A stretch of DNA of 64,000 nt. Origin: Macrostomum lignano (Eukaryota). This document shows positions 62,600 through 64,000 of the stretch, one piece after another. A model generated the notes under the pieces. It saw nothing but the letters and a program-made list of their open reading frames with translations. It was not told where the DNA came from and did not search any database. Both the position numbers and the translations under genes were made by a program. Within the stretch, counting starts at the first letter, position 1, and each line of letters begins with the position of its first letter. The stretch spans positions 124,001 through 188,000 of the forward strand of contig NIVC01000481.1 of NCBI GenBank assembly GCA_002269645.1, written 5' to 3'.

Positions 62600-63510
62600 C
62601 AGATCCTCTGTTGCTGGGCTAGCCTCCCAGATCCTCAGTTGCTGGGCCAGCCTCTCAGAGTGCCAGTTGCTGGGCCAGCCTCTCAGAGTGCCAGTTGCTG
62701 GGCCAGCCTCCCAGATCCTCAGTTGCTGGGCCAGCCTCCTAGATCCTCAGTTGCTGGGCCAGCCTCCCAGATCCCCAGTTGCTGGGCCAGCCTCTCAGAT
62801 CCCCAGTTGCTGGGCCAGCAGCCTCCCAGATCCTCAGTTGCTGGGCCAGCCTCCCAGATCCTCAGTTGCTGGGCCAGCCTCCCAGATCCTCAGTTGCTGG
62901 GCCAGCCTCCCAGATCCTCAGTTGCTGGGCCAGCCTCCCAGATCCTCAGTTGCTGGGCCAGCCTCCCAGATCCTCAGTTGCTGGCCCAGCCTCTCAGAGT
63001 GCCAGTTGCTGGGCCAGCCTCCTAGATCCTCAGTTGGTGGGCCAGCCTCCCAGATCCCCAGTTGCTGGGCCAGCCTCCCAGATCCTCAGTTGCTGGCCCA
63101 GCCTCTCAGAGTGCCAGTTGCTGGGCCAGCCTCCCAGATCCTCAGTTGCTGGGCCAGCCTCCCAGATCCCTAGTTGCTGGGCCAGCCTCCCAGATCCTCA
63201 GTTGCTGGGCCTGCCTCTCAGATCCTCAGTTGGTGGGCCAGCCTCTCAGATCCTCAGTTGGTGGGCCAGCCTCCCAGATCCTCAGTTGCTGGGCCAGCCT
63301 CTCAGATCCTCAGTTGGTGGGCCAGCCTCTCAGATCCTCAGTTGGTGGGCCAGCCTCTCAGATCCTCAGTTGGTGGGCCAGCCTCTCAGATCCTCAGTTG
63401 GTGGGCCAGCCTCCCAGATCCTCAGTTGCTGGGCCAGCCTCTCAGATCCTCAGTTGGTGGGCCAGCCTCTCAGATCCTCAGTTGGTGGGCCAGCCTCTCA
63501 GATCCTCAGT
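62600..63510 (-). repeat. Inverted block of the 28-bp CCCAGCAACTGAGGATCTGGGAGGCTGG family
   Basis: Reads CCAGCCTCCCAGATCCTCAGTTGCTGGG on the plus strand. Confidence 0.96.
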
Positions 63511-64000
63511 TTACTTCGTTGTTATTTTAGCAATACCTACCGTTAGTTAATGTTACCGTGAATGAGTGCAAATGCGCGCATCAAGTTTTCCGCTGTTCCT
63601 TGTAACAATTTTTATTATTATTTTATTATTTGAAAAGTACAATACAATCTGCGCCTAAAAATAGCTCCCAACGCCAGTCAGCAGCTTTGCATTTTAAAGC
63701 CGGGAGTTTCAGAGAGGAAATTGGGCTTGTTGCCCTTTTTTATACGCATGTATAACTCATGTATAACATGCTGAAAACGCATGTTCGTAATTTGCCTGCC
63801 CGCTCCGCACCTGCCTCTCGCGAAAAATTTTGTGCACGCATCTAGGCTACCCTCCCCCCTCTGTCTTCATTGTTAAGCCCGCAGTCCTAATTGTTGTTGA
63901 CTAAAAGCCAAGCCGAGAAAAACGCCCTGAGCTTAGCTAGACCTTACCTCTAGCCCCTAGCCCCCCGCCCAGTTAAATTAACGTTACGGGTATTATAAGT

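Overview
Eukaryotic (metazoan) genomic DNA with GC-rich exons in AT-rich DNA full of micro- and minisatellites of 4-47 bp. This pattern resembles the flatworm Macrostomum, but that is an inference and the species was not identified. Spliced gene models were built by hand from splice sites with consistent reading-frame phase. On the + strand: a KIAA2013-like gene (7 exons, 614 aa), RPL3 (2 exons, 397 aa), intronless UFD1 (371 aa), an uncharacterised 560-aa beta-rich protein with about 107 glutamines split over two exons, and a divergent Q50 homeobox gene (243 aa). After a roughly 18 kb satellite block come two head-to-head single-domain ACE (peptidase M2) paralogs of 647 aa (minus) and 658 aa (plus). 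Mobile elements include a tRNA-derived CORE-type SINE, two MITEs with target-site duplications, a mariner end and a three-copy dispersed repeat. The most notable observations are a probable intron gained by exon tandem duplication in one ACE copy, active-site substitutions and GPI-like tails in the ACE pair, more than 100 E2F-consensus sites (TTTGGCGC) built into several otherwise dissimilar minisatellites, and inverted repeats flanking the catalytic exons of the plus-strand ACE. Most other long ORFs in the supplied track are repeat artefacts. Repeat boundaries and copy counts are approximate hand estimates.
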